Source of the DNA: Rhodosorus marinus CCMP1338
Lineage: Eukaryota; Plantae; Rhodophyta
Direction: 5' to 3'
NCBI GenBank assembly: GCA_029953675.1
Contig: JAMWBK010000005.1
Coordinates: 2,666,001-2,730,000 of the forward strand
DNA: 64,000 nt
Shown here: positions 46,888-59,776 of the stretch, piece after piece
How the letters are laid out: each line of letters begins with the position of its first letter
Position numbering within the stretch: position 1 is the first letter of the stretch
The notes under the pieces: model-generated
Told to the model about the DNA's origin: nothing
Seen by the model: the letters and a program-made list of their open reading frames with translations, nothing else
Database searches by the model: none
Translations under genes and position numbers: made by a program

Positions 46888-47915
46888 TCACGTCTGTCCC
46901 ATCCGCCGGAGCGCTGCAAGCGCCACGGGATTCGACCTTGTCTTTACATTCACCGGTTCACGCTTGGCCATCGGAGTTTCCTCCTCATGATCCTTCGAAT
47001 CGAGGATCACCTCTGGTTCGCTGTCACTGTCGATCATGATGACCTCCGTTGTTGCCTTCGAGCCAGCAGCCAGACCAGCTGTGGACGCTCCAAAATCCGG
47101 TTCCAGCTCTTGCCCAGTGTTTCTAGATGAGTCAACCTGTGTGGCACAGCAAACGTAATCTTTTCGACGCCTCATTGCAGCATTGTAGGCCATCTCATGG
47201 GGATCCACAACCTGCACGAGCCCTGCCGGTTAGGGATTGAATTCTAATCGTTCTGTGGAATGGAGGATAGTCCTTACCCTATGAAGTTGATCTTGACCTC
47301 CTCCAAGTCGTACTGGTTTAGTGAACAGTTGCTGGCGTTGAACACGTTTCTCCGCGGCGACGGCGGAGAGTCTCCTCTTGTCGATAATATCGGGGTTTCT
47401 CCTCTCATTAGACAGCTTCTTCCCGCCTGAAGTTGTTGAGAAGCCTTTACTTATGATCAAATTCTCTGCCTTGGCAGTGATCTCATCCAGCAGCTTGTAA
47501 AACTGTGAGTTATGAGGCCCAACCTCGTTGTGGCAAAGTTCATGAAGAAGTGTTTGCAGAACTGACTCCTCGGACAGAAACTGGCTTTCATCACGCGGAT
47601 TTCTCAATCTTATCTGAATCTTCTTTCCGTGGTCGTGGTTCAAGCCTAGGAGGGAAGAGCTCTTCACTAAATTAGCATCCACCGTCTACATTCATGCAAT
47701 CTCAAGTACTTCTGTTGCTCACCCAAAAGGTTCGCCTGGGGAGGGTAAAACTCCGCCAAAACTCTAACCCTCCACTTCTTCTCGGCCATTATAGGTTTCA
47801 CCACTTCAGCAGCCTGGTTCAGGATCTCTTTCGCGTATTTGTCGCCCGGCAAACCCAGTGTCACCACCTCATCGCAAACACAGAAAATCTCACTGTCCAG
47901 CGTGTTTATCACCAT
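46888..47915 (-). CDS. WSS1: Wss1/WLM-family metalloprotease (DNA-protein crosslink repair; 3 exons)
   Basis: VKPIM..KKWRV..LAEFYP..ANLLGLN, KIQIRLR, TLLHELCHNEVGPHNSQFY (HExxH), VIM-type RRLSAVAAEKR, SHP-like VRLGG and SIM-like EVIMIDSDSE. Confidence 0.9.
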
Positions 47916-49556
47916 TTTTGAGTTCAAGAGGAGCAAAAAAAACAAAACACAGCCACTAGGCCTACTCAATTCCAAAAATAAGTCAGGAAGAAACGAACAA
48001 ATGCCTCCAACTCAATCCATTGCTTCAACTTATCATGTCCAGACCTTTTCCCCTCATAAACCTCTCCATGTCACCCACTTCGAAAAACCCCGAAAGCAAC
48101 TTCCGAACACTTCCGAACACTCGATACAGATCAACTCATAAAACAATTAAAAATCCATACATTTGAACACTATTTAAAAACAATTATTATTCATCCCAAT
48201 GTAAAATAAGTTTTCGTATAATTTCAAGGGCAGAAACTTCTTCAATCTAAATTCATTTATTACTCAGTATATATTGTACTAATGAATTTTATTTCAAAAA
48301 ATGGGACTGCACGTTGGTTGAGGATGGAGGGATTGGTTTGTGCAGGGAGTGTAGAAGAGGGAGAAAGAATTATGAGCTTCGTGGTGTCCAGACCTGTTAC
48401 CGTGAGAGCAAATCTACTACTGAATGCGCTTGCCTGTATCTGAAATATTGGTCTCCTCAACTAGAAAGACCAGAGATTCAGTGACTAAGTTCCTCAGCCG
48501 AAAGTTACGAAACGCTTGGTTGACAGGAGGGCGACAAGATTTGAGACGGGGTAATCGATTTGCTATCTGGGTGTTAGCATCTGCGAGTCGAGGAAAACAA
48601 TAGATTTAAGGTTTTCAGATGTCAATATCCAGATCGCAAGTCAACTACTCAGCATTGTCGTGAATCAACCTAGCCGCACACGACGCGACCACTTGGCTGT
48701 GTGTTTTTCTTCTATTCGTTCTTGGAAAGTATGGGGCCTGACAAGGACGTGCCGAGGAGATGTTTTCATCCCATGTCTTAACTCCCAAGCAAGCAAGGTG
48801 CTATGTTGCGTTGTTGTACTGATGGAGAAGCCGGAAAGTCCATGGAGGAAGGTTCCTTGATCGGAATTCCGAATGTCTCGTCTTCTATTTGACCCAGCTG
48901 ATCCTTGACCCATAGACGATTGCATTCAGTCATGCGTTTACCTTGGTACTTATCGTGCTATTCAGGGAGCTTCACGATCTGCTGAGCCCATGATGGGCGC
49001 AGCAAATCTTTGCTTCGCATAGCATCGCTCTCAGGTCGCTTTCGCACTGATGATTAAGACGGAATCTCCGTCGAGGAGCGTAATCTGATTCTCTGGTCCT
49101 CTGATTGACTATGTCGATCTCTGAAATAGATAATTGTAGATAATTGCATTCGGTTGCATTTGTGCCTCAGCGCCTATCCTCTTTTGAGCACACTACCAAA
49201 CCTGATAAGGCAAAAGATAGGCTCCTAACATCTTTACCTCAGATCTCATCCATTTCAAATCACCGTCAGCCACATTGCTTTTGGATAGAGGAAGAAGACG
49301 GATTGCCGTTCACGGCTTAACGTTTGGTCTTCTGGTTGATTCACATGAAGAGTTGAATCGATGAGCTGTATCTCAGCAAAGATGTGAATCTGCGTCTTTA
49401 GCTCACTGGTTTAGAGGGGCAGAAAGAGAAGAGTTGGGCGTGCGTTTGCGTGCTTTTGTTTTGGTTTTCGAAGGGCTTTTCTTTGCTCTCTTTGATATCT
49501 GAGAGAGACTTTTTGAAGAGCCCAGTTAGCAGTTTTCGTTTTCTGTTGTACGAGGA

Positions 49557-50328
49557 ATGTTTCCTTCAGCGCTCAATGAGCCGGAAGAATCCTTCGACGA
49601 CGATGTGGACATCGATGAGGGCCGGGTGCTGATCAAGGGCTTGCATTTCAAGAATGTTCAGCCTCATGGTGGCGCTGGTATCGCCGTAGGATGTTTCGCG
49701 GGCAGTGGAATGGGATTTTCAATTGGATTTGGGGTGGTTTCGCGCATGGGTAGAATCTCCGTCGTTAGGCCTTCTGGAGAGTAAGTCGTCCTCCCGTTCT
49801 ACCCGCCCTCCCAACCTCGCTGTTTCTTCGATCCGAGTGCTAAAGTTAAAGTATCGTGTCGCATTTCTTTACTTTCCTGTTCTCCAGGCCATTCGCTCAC
49901 GACGGGATGCTATCTGGCGGTTTTTGCGGTGTTAACTTTGGGGCTGGATTTGGTGTGGGTAAGTGGCATGCGTGCGGCCACGGGATCTTTTCTCGTCCAT
50001 TCCAAATGGTATTCTGAATAGACAATGCTCTCCTCATTTGCGGTTTTCAGGCCTTGCACGAGGTCTCGGATACGCATGGAGTGTTGATCAGCTCCTGCCC
50101 TTTCAGATGCTGAAGAAGGACGAGATTGAACCAACTAAGCGAAAGGCTGCTTCCAACGGCTGGATTACTCCGTTCAGGCAAGATGAACCTCAACAACTTC
50201 TCACGAGCTTTAACAAGAGCTTGGCGAGCCTCGCTCAACTAATATCTTCGCCAAGGAAGGTCGCCTTCTTTCCAGACCGCGGTAGCGATTCCCACCCAAA
50301 GCGCTCCCTGACAAAGTCAGATTGCTAA
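49557..50328 (+). CDS. Glycine-rich small membrane protein, TGD5/AS8-like (probably 3 exons)
   Basis: Exon segments GGAGIAVGCFAGSGMGFSIGFG, SGGFCGVNFGAGFGVG and GLARGLGYAW carry the GxGxGCxxGxG pattern, separated by GT-AG introns. Confidence 0.5.
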
Positions 50329-50398
50329 ATCACTCAAGATGTGCTGACAGTCGACAGCTCTTCTGTTCACCGTTTAGATTTGGAACTGACTTCTCACT

Positions 50399-51896
50399 TC
50401 ACCATCGTAAGTAAGGCAGCGCGTACGTCGGCATTTCACACTCAGGCGCATGCTTGGAGACCAAGCTCTTAAGTACATCTTCATCGAGGGGCTTGGATGC
50501 CTAGAAACGCAACCGGAAAGATTTTTTTTCAATTTATGTGAGTAAAAGCAAAGGGCAGAGAGGAAACGAAACTGCAGGGACGTCGGCAAAGAACATGGTC
50601 TTTTCTCCAAACTCGTACTCACCTGATCGGGAGAAATGGACAACTCCGTTGCAAAGATCCCACCGCCTATCATGAGCGCGTCTACGCCGGCTCTTTGCGC
50701 GCCGAGAATATCATGCTCGAGCGAATCACCGATCTGACGCGTACGTCGACATGAGCATCTCCAAGTCAGTTGCTTCAGGGGGACAGGTTCGGCGACCGCA
50801 CCGGGTTCAAGTCGGCTCACAAGTTCTCAGGATTTATATTTGGATTAAGATCGGTTGTGGAAGCTTACGGCCAGTAATCTTCTTCGGTCCTGGATGCCTA
50901 GCAGAGCGCATGCTTTCTCGTACACAATCTCCTCTAATTTCCCCAAGTTTACGACTGGCCCTCCAAAGTCCCTGTAACTTTTTGACAAAAAGCCTATCTT
51001 GGGGGTGTCAGATGAGCTAAGCTCCGGGGATGCTGTTTTGTTCAGGGAATTTTGAATAAGTTTCCTTACCTGGCATGGTTATGAGGTTGTCGCCGTCGAC
51101 AGTTACAATGTCTGGGTTGGCGCACACTAGGGGCAGTTTTCTCGCACTGCACTTCTTAAGAAACTGCAGAGAGAGGGCAGAAACGGTTTGTCAACCAGGC
51201 TAGAGTGGTGGTGGTGGTGGTGGTGGTGGTGGTGGTGGTCTCTCACAGGCTTACGTCGACGAGGTAATCCAGAGAGGCTGGTTTCACAGTTCCGTCTGCG
51301 AGTGAGATACCTTCTGTTCCGTGGCATAGGATGAAATCAGCAGAATCAATGTCCTCTCCAACAGGTAGTACGCCAAGACGTGGATCATCCACTGAGATCG
51401 TTCCCCGTTCGATCCAGTTTGTGTGGATGATTTTCGATGGGGAATCAGGCAGGCCAAACTCCTGTCGCCTAGACGACAGGACTTCAAAGGCGAGCTCTCC
51501 AGAAGTCACTGCTGCATCGAACCACGACTCATCGTAGCCGTAGTTTTCCAGCTTGGCCGCACATCCGGCTGATCTTCTCGAAGTATTGGACACAATCGCA
51601 ACCTTGGCCCCTGCCTCTTGTGCAAGCCTCACGCACTCGATCGCCTCCACATAGGCAGTACGACCATCGTGAAGCACACCAAATTGGTCGAGAAGAATAC
51701 CTTCGTACTTGCCCGAGCTTAGGACCTCTTCCAGACCCTGTCGCGTGGACGACGCCATGCAAACCGATCGCCGCGATCGAATCGACGTCAGCCCGCCCTT
51801 AGCCCCGGACAAAACAAAGCCAGGAAGTCCTTTCTCAACCAATCTCATCTGATCCACTGGAACACAGACATCAAGACTGTTTCTTGTCAGAGACAT
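50399..51896 (-). CDS. HAD-superfamily subfamily IIA hydrolase, probably organelle-targeted (multi-exon)
   Basis: Motif I ILLDQFGVLHDG, motif II VSNTSR, VTSGE, cap CANPD, motif IV IGDSLEHDILGA, and the terminal PTYALPYLRW stop at 50399. Confidence 0.9.
51207..51239. repeat. (GGT)11 / (CAC)11 trinucleotide microsatellite inside a HAD-gene intron
   Basis: A perfect run lying between the minus-strand donor GAC|GTAAGC and acceptor CTGCAG|TTT. Confidence 0.9.
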
Positions 51897-53260
51897 CCAA
51901 AAAGATCCTAGATCAACTCTCGCGATCGCTTCCAGGTCAGGCTTCGCTGTCGCGAACTCCCAGTCCAATACCGACGCCTAAATTTCTCACTGTCCCATTC
52001 TCCATCCAATTCTGCAGGACAGATAGCTATCAGGAGTGGTAAGATATTTCTAACCAAGATTGAAGCTCGGGCGACGAAGTTAAGGACGCTCAGGACTATC
52101 ACGAGCCTTGTTTTGTATCCTCTTGAAGGAGGCTCTTCCATTCTGAGTGGGTCGCTACCTAATGCGGCAACTGTCTCTTAACCGTAGCCCGAAGCGGCCT
52201 CAGCGGCATTGGCTCCTTCGACTCGATCAGATCAATCGATCAAGTGAAAACAGAAAAATAAAGGAGCTCATAATAATATGAAACCTCGCCGCTGCTGCTG
52301 CGACGCGAAATGTTTAACAACCCGTGCCCCTAACGCAAAAGCCGAGATGACATCTGTGCGGGAACTGGACACGACTTATGCCGGTCCGGCTCACCCGAGT
52401 CGATCAATCGATCAAGGAGATAATCACAGAAGCACATTTACAAGAAAATGGAAGACCAGGCACGAGCAATGGGCTCAAGCGAATACGAAGAAAGCCGCTG
52501 CTTCGATTATGAACGCAAACCAACATTTTGTCCTGAGAGTGATATCCGTTGGAGTCCCTGGCTATCAACGCCTTCCAACATCCTTGCCAGCATTGCAATT
52601 CCAACCTCCACCATGTCCCTTTCCCTGCGAAATCCTAAACTACTCAAGAATCGAGCATAAATATGTTCAATAAATTTTTCAAATCTAAAACCAAAAATCT
52701 AATCTAGAGCTTATCTCCTCTCAAGAAGGAAAAATAGATATATTTAGCAGACATATATCTTAATTAATGAAATATTCAAAATTATGATACGTTTTATCTA
52801 ACCAACCCTTAAACAGATCATATTATCGTAAAATATCCCAGAATATTCAAGATGTTTCTTCTAAATAGACCTAATCTAGACAAAATCTATATTATCATAA
52901 ATATTAATTGAAATAATATATAATTTTGTGAATTTGGGAATATCGTTTCAAATTATGATATGCTTTATCTGGAATAGTCTCCGTTAATTTTCGCCGAACA
53001 TGGTCACCGGGTTTGTGTGGAGAGCTCGAGGGTGTTCCTTTCTTCTGGTGAGGAAGACGGAGATTAGTAGGTTGGGAAAGGAGGGCCGGTCGCACTTGGG
53101 TTAGTCTTGTAAGAGAGAAAGCGAAGAAAAGGAACTGTTTTTCCTTCTTGGTTGTTCGGTGTTTTCAAGGCTATCGGGTAATTGGCTTTGATTTATATTT
53201 TTGTCTCGTTGGAGGTTGTGGTTGCCTTTTGTGTTTTTTGAGGGTTTTTTTGTGGCAACG

Positions 53261-54042
53261 ATGTCGTTGGGCAAGTTGAGAGGAGTTGGGTTGGGTTTGA
53301 ATGGGGTAATTGGCAGGGATCAGGTGAGTGAAGAAGGAAGAAAGTATTACTTCGCGTTGGGTCTTAATATGTGGTTCTTTTTTGCTTTGAAGTTTTGAGT
53401 CCTCAACGAACATTCTTTTTTGGTCGTTTATTTGTGTTCGGGAAGGCGGGGGTTATTGTCAGGAGTTTGGCATCGGGTGCAGTGTCGACTGGCAAGCCTG
53501 AGCCGATGGGGGCTCCGCCTCCGTCGACTGGTATTGTGGATCCGACGTTGTCAAAGTTTATGCAGCCGAGTAATACCGTAGAATATGCGGTGTCAAAATT
53601 TGATGAGATTCTCAACTGGGCTCGGGCGGGGTCCATCTGGCCAATGACTTTTGGACTGGCTTGCTGTGCGGTGGAGATGATGCACGCTGGAGCCTCTCGC
53701 TACGATTTAGATCGATTTGGGATTATCTTTCGTCCCTCACCCAGGCAGAGTGATGTTATGATCGTTGCTGGTACTTTGACGAACAAGATGGCATCCCCGC
53801 TGAGGAGAGTCTACGATCAGATGCCAAATCCGAAATGGGTGGTTTCAATGGGCAGCTGCGCAAATGGTGGTGGATATTACCACTATTCGTACTCCGTCGT
53901 AAGGGGATGTGACAGAATTGTTCCTGTGGATATATACGTGCCGGGCTGTCCCCCAACCGCAGAGGCGCTCCTGTACGGACTGCTCCAGCTCCAGAAGAAG
54001 ATCAAGCGAGGCAGGGACAAGCTCCTGTACTTCAAGAAGTAA
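53261..54042 (+). CDS. NDUFS7: NADH:ubiquinone oxidoreductase subunit PSST/NuoB, nucleus-encoded (probable intron 53324-53445)
   Basis: [60 protein letters not shown] and [17 protein letters not shown]. The inferred presequence is MSLGKLRG...VRSLAS. Confidence 0.97.
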
Positions 54043-54506
54043 TGCCTTCTTTTGCTCTTGCTTTCATTTCATATTTAGTCTCAGTCTTAATGTTCGTATC
54101 TGGTAAACCCTTTCTAGATTGCTGAAACCACATTTCGGGACACGTTCATTCACCGTCTCAACAACTAGCGAAACAGTCTTTCTATTCATATCTCCCTCAG
54201 ACCTGCTCCCCGAGTTCTATTACTGAAGCGCAACAGCGAGCTGCCAAGGAATCTAGCTTAAAAATGTTCAGTCCACGCACAACCCCACAATCAGAAGTTC
54301 AGCAGGCTCCTCCCGATGAGACAGGAGATGAATCCGACCCAAGTTCCGCATGTAAGCTGGCAGCTTCGCGGTTCATATCGCCTATCCTGGTAAAGTAATG
54401 CTCATCTAGGGCTCAACCGTGCGCACTCGAAGAAACACCATTTCTGACGCAGCAAGCTGGACAGTGTCTCCTTCGCAGTTCAGGTGCACTAGAGAGATCA
54501 GCAAAC

Positions 54507-57177
54507 TCACGCCGACAGTTTCCTGAACACATCCGACGATTTTCTTTGTTCCTCAGTAGCAGCCGCCCTCTGTCGTCGAGGGATATTGACACTCGCACGC
54601 TTCGATATTATAGTTCCGCTGGGGCGCCTCAAGGATCGAGCCTCCGGCAACTTCCTGTAGACATGAACGTCCACAGGATGATCTCGTCTAGATCTTTGAG
54701 TGGCCTTCACCCCAAAAAGAGTTACCCAAGTGCTTGCGTTCAGAACACGACAAATTACAACGCCCTGCGACGCGCTAGACCAAACAGACGTGGCTGCTAC
54801 TAAGCTTACCATGAGCCGCTGAATGGAAGTATACGCGGCTACTGCACAAGCAGTTAGGACGAACAAGACCAATCCAGTTACGTAACGGTTCGTCCACAGG
54901 GGCATACGAGCTGTTCGTTCAATAGCCAATGAGTATCGCAAGGGTGAGGCGTTGCTATCGCAACGGGTTCTAGTATCAGCTGCTTTGGAGATATCTGACG
55001 CGACAGTAAGAGCATTTCCTGCTACCTTTCGACGCAAGAGAGTGAGGCACAATTTCCATATGCTGAGCACGGAGCCTAACCTCAGAGCCTTCGTCAGGAA
55101 AGGTTTCAAAAGCTTACTTCCTTCAGCTTGAGGCTTTGAGAGTACAAGCCATTCGGCGTCGATTCGCTCAGCAGTGCTTTGTTTTGGTCGTTGAGCTCTC
55201 GAATTAGGTCATCGATTCGCTTTTGATCGCTTGAAAGTCCGATGAAGTCTTCTCTCAAGATGTTCAGATTTTCAGAGATCCTCGCTGCGACCTCGAGCTC
55301 TTTGACCACCCATGCTCTGCTTTTTCAAGACAAGGATTGCAGTGAGCGTTCCCGGATCTGATTGAGCCGCCGAGGAAGCTTTGAAATCCATAGTTTGTGC
55401 TTGCTATTCAACCTCCGTGCTTGGATGAACTGGGATAGCTTACCTCCTTGACGCTAGCACTGAATTTATCGTGTGAAACAGGTCGGTATCCGTGCGCTTT
55501 GTTGGGTTCGCCTGCAAACGGCGGAACCCGCTCCGTTCCTCGAAGTCCGGAGCAATGCTTCCACCGAGCATCAGTACAGCTCTGATCAAGAGCTCTGATT
55601 TTCGTGCTCGTGTGCTCGAGCTGAAGCCAGAGCCAAGAGCGGCTGCGCCATCCAAAATGATCGCACCGCGGGGGAAAGCAGCAACGGCCCGTCCTCCATC
55701 CAAGAGTATCCGCGAGGAGAGAGAATTTTTTAACGACAGGATGAAGACGTGAAACCTCGTTGTCTGTGTGGAGGCCTCAGTCTCGTCTTCTCGGACCAGC
55801 ACTCTCATCAGTTCATCAAACGCCTTGGACGAAGTGAGCACAGTCTCCGACTCCAAAGACGCAACGAGTCCAGTCAACAGCTCGGGACTTGTTTCCCAAG
55901 ATGCTCGTGGAACGTTTATCCTTTGAACGGATGAATCAACTTCGTCGGGAACGATGCGTTCCAGGAGGGTTGCGGCCTTGTGGATTGCCTCGGGCCTAAT
56001 CTCATCCCGAAAAGAAGAAAGCATGAGATTCGCATTAGATCCTGAAGTGGGCTTTGGCGCCAACATTTGGCAATGGCAGGGCTCACAAAATGGGATCATC
56101 ACCGTGGTCTCGAAACTCGTACACGTTCAACAGCACTCGCTCCTGTGTAGTGTGCTCTTGAGGAAACTCGCAAGTTCTTAGTTCAGGTATCAAAAGTCCT
56201 TTCAATGCTGTCAAAGCCCTGAAGAAAAGAAGGAACAAGTCAATCCTCAAAAGAAAAGAGCCCCGAGGACGCTGCTCTGGTTGTGAAAGCATCGGTACCA
56301 TGCAGCTATTATCGCAGGTCGATGCTCCAGACCGAGTGCATAGTTGGGAGCAACTGCCTGAGGATGTTGCTCCAGATAGTCTGCTCTGCAGCCTTTTGCG
56401 CGGAGGTCGACTAGAGCAGCCCATGAGGTCCTCGAGAGGAAGGTGATTGACGGATCTGTGAATTCTGTTCCAAGACTGTACATGAACACATGAATAGAAG
56501 CACTGGTGAAATTTCACATTTTGGGCTGTGTTTGTGGAGTAGAAAAACAAAAAAAAGCATTGAAGTCCGTTGGTACCTGTAGCAATAGTCAGTTCTGGCC
56601 TCTCCTGTATCCTTTCTCACGATTGGGTAGTCTGCGATAATCAGCGTGAAATCCTCGCTTGGGAACGCTGCTTTTGTGATGAGTGAATTCAAGACGTCCG
56701 CGTCCACTTGGACTCTGCCATTCACGTCCACTGCGGTCTGTGCTCTGCCTTGCAAGTATTCAACAATCTTGAACCATTTTTCCGATGAATCGTCTCCTGG
56801 ATTGATCTCCTCGATTTCGTACTCTGCCCGACAGGTCAGAATCAGACTCTGTCCCTCACATCTAAGCGTCTTCTCCTGACCTAGAGTGGCCTCCATAGCT
56901 GCTCTGATATGATCGTCCCGTTGACCAGCGCTAGATTCCGAACGACTGAGCTTTGTATAAAGACCGCTCAGCTCCCCGGTCTCGTGAAGAATGGTGACCC
57001 TCATCCTCAGCGGCATGGGGCCAATCCTAGCATGCTGAACCACGCCATCCGACTCTGAATGTGCGAGAACAGCAATGCTTATGACGACCAGAGCCAGGAA
57101 ACAATTCAACAGTCTGCAATCTCTCTGAGGCATCGCTCTTCAGAAACCAAGAGCTACCTAGGATCCCGGACAGACAT
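54507..57177 (-). CDS. Secretory-pathway type I membrane protein of unknown function (multi-exon)
   Basis: Signal peptide MSVRDPR|LLNCFLALVVISIAVLAHS, a long lumenal region (FHVFILSL...ILLDGGRAVAAFPRGAIIL...LMLGGSIAP), a coiled coil, a C-terminal TM segment (VTGLVLFVLTACAVAAY) and a basic tail. Confidence 0.75.
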
Positions 57178-57408
57178 TCGCTGGCCGACATTGCAGATCT
57201 CGCATGTCAAATATGATTCCGCTCAGTCCTCAGAGCTGACTCTCCTGGTTCATCTTCCTTCCAGTTTCACATCTCCTCTTGCAAGCAAGACCAGTGTTCT
57301 CTCGCCTACCGCAGGACGAAGCAGTCCAGAACTGAATCTCTGTCGTTTTAGCTAATGACAAGGATCCATTCCAAAAATTGTAGAGCAGCGGGAAGGTTCT
57401 TTTGTGCG

Positions 57409-58210
57409 CTACGACACTCTCGCCATCATCAGAAAAGAAGTATTGCAGTTCTCATTCTCCAACACCATGTGTAGCGCCTTCCGCATTGTATGGCTGACTC
57501 GAAACCGAAAACCCTTCACTTCGGGAGGGGATACACATCCGTGTGTTTTGACGTCTAGTACGAACGCCCTGAATCTACTCGCTCTGCCTCGTATTTAGGT
57601 CGTTCAGAATCTAACCCTTCAATTAGGGGAGCAGGCTCCTGGCGACCAGTCCACCTCCACCAGTACAAAGCCCTTGCTGGTCCTCGAGATAGTGAACAAG
57701 ATGACAGCCATTCCAGACACGGAAAGCCTGGGCGACAAGGACAGAATCGTTGCCTCAGGACAGTCTAAGAGGTCGACTGGCAGCATCTTAGTCTTCAGAA
57801 TGGAATGGATAGCCCAGAACGTAACCTGGAGGTGTAGCCAAGACTGATACGACTCAGCGACGAACTCCAAATGCGACGTTGAAAAATTCTTCTTTAGGTC
57901 CCGTGCTTGGACTTGGGACTTGAGGAAGAAAGACATTAAAGCTATGTTTGGATTGCCGCTCATTGGATGCTCCACAAAATGCTGACTGACGAGGATCGCG
58001 CAAGGTGGAGTGTGGTCTTGGTGTAGTACCGAAATAAACGCTTGATTGCAGTGGTTGCCCCCATTTTCGATACGGATCGTCTTCAGTTCAAGGGGCACCA
58101 GGAAGCTACACTCGCTCCTCGAACCGACTTTATCGTAGAGCAAATTCTTTCGCGGTGAGAGTGGAATTGATGGTAAAAATCTGGCGCATCCGTCGAAGAA
58201 AAGCTACGGT
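57409..58210 (-). CDS. Hypothetical protein (start codon unresolved)
   Basis: An open frame of about 190 codons (LFFDGCARF...MAVILFTISRTSK) plus a likely downstream exon. No domain recognised. Confidence 0.35.
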
Positions 58211-58349
58211 AGTGGCGCAAGTTAAAAATAAGAAAACACGTACTGTGCATGAAGAAGCCGCAGCTTCAAGCGAGAGATTCCCAAACGACCTCCAGTATCA
58301 TCCAGAAGCCGCCGTTGTTTACGCGATTGGTTTGCGCTCGATCACATTT

Positions 58350-59776
58350 TTAGATAATTCTCTTCAGTTTCGTGTTGTTTACCTCGATTCTTTCGGTTGT
58401 CATATCGGCGCTCTGCAGTAGGAAAGTTCATAGCCCTCGACAGTCAATGACAAGGCCCAGTCTTCACGATTAGCTCAAGCAGGATATAGAACAGTACCTG
58501 GTCAAGTCCGTCGATAAGAACTTCCTGTTTGTCGAGCTCTTGATTCATTCCACTGGCAATGCCCTTCAGATCTCGTAGCATGGAACCCATTTCCGACAAC
58601 TGGTTCTCCTGCTCTTCTTCCGCCTGCGTCAAGCGAAAACGAGGTTAGCATACCATTCGCACGACGTTCTAACCGACGTGCAGTATCCTACCTTGTCGAG
58701 TTCATCTAGGAGCTCAGCGTTCTGACCAGTACGTCGAGGTTTTGCCCTCGATCTAGGCGGTTTTTGCGCGGCGGCCCCTCCATCTGATGGCTTATCGCCC
58801 AAAAGGTCATCGCGCATGTCTTCATTGTTTTCCACCGGCTCGGTGAACTCACTCGTCGTGGGCTGCTCTTCTGGCTCCTCGTCAACGATCTCTTGAATAG
58901 AACCTTTCTGCTTACGGTTCTTCTTCGTCTTATCCTAGGATCGAGAGAGCCACGAGGGAACATGAGTATTGGGAAGGATTTCGTTCAGGTAGAAGATCTG
59001 CTTGGACAACGCAAAAAGGGTGAAGCAGCTCCCGTAGCTCCGAGGACAATGGGCGTATCGTAGAATAACTCACTTCCTTATCTTTCTTAGAAAGCTTCCC
59101 CCGGCCTGGAACTCTTGCGTACCATGGGCGAATCATTTTATCCACAGTTTTCTCGCTTCGCTCAACTAGGCCCTGAATATCATCCATGTCCTTGTCCATC
59201 TTTTCAAGCTGGCCTGAGAGTTTTCGAAACCCCAGTGGTACGTAAGAACGTTATGGGCGTAGGTTCAAGCGTTGGCGATTGGCGCTTGGATCGTGAAAAA
59301 AAACAACACACCAGTTTGTTTCTCTAGCTGCTCAGCTGTTGCTACAGCAACCTGTCTAGTCTCCTCGGTCATCTTCAGCATTCTTTGAGTGCGTGCGGAG
59401 CTGTCCTCAGCAGTCCTTTGGAACGAACAAGGGAAAAGCAAGTCGATTAGAACTGTTGTTCTGAACTCGGGCTCTCGTTACCCGCTTCTACTTCGCCAGG
59501 GCGGTGAAAGGGTTCAGCCAAAGCCGCCTTCCACTCCATCCCTAAAGCCTGCTTATCCGCACGTCCCAAAGACGATGAAGAAAGCCCCCAAACAACGCTG
59601 CGCAAATGTCCTTACTTTTTCGCAAGCTGTTGCAGTGAAGTAACATCGTCTCTATCTTCAATTACGTCTGCCTTAACCTCCGTCAAAGACCTCGTATCTC
59701 TCAACGGCAGCTCTTCAACCCCAAGCTGCTGCCGATTCCTCCTGTTTGCCGTCGCCCTAGACGTCCTCCTCTCCAT
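58350..59776 (-). CDS. SNAP-25/SNAP33-like Qbc SNARE (multi-exon)
   Basis: Two SNARE motifs: AEETRQVAVATAEQLREQ...MDKDMDDIQGLVERSEKTVDKM (Qb) and EQENQLSEMGSMLRDLKGIASGMNQELDKQEVLIDGLDQ|SADMTTERIEVNNTKLKRII* (Qc). No TM segment. Confidence 0.88.

Noticed and set aside
51060-51080. CTTACCTGG resembling the U1 snRNA 5' end
   Set aside because: It is the reverse complement of a CAG|GTAAG donor in the minus-strand HAD gene, and no U1 stem-loops follow.
51127-51327. ORF with an 11-His run
   Set aside because: The (CAC)n tract lies inside an intron of the HAD gene, so it is a microsatellite read-through artefact.
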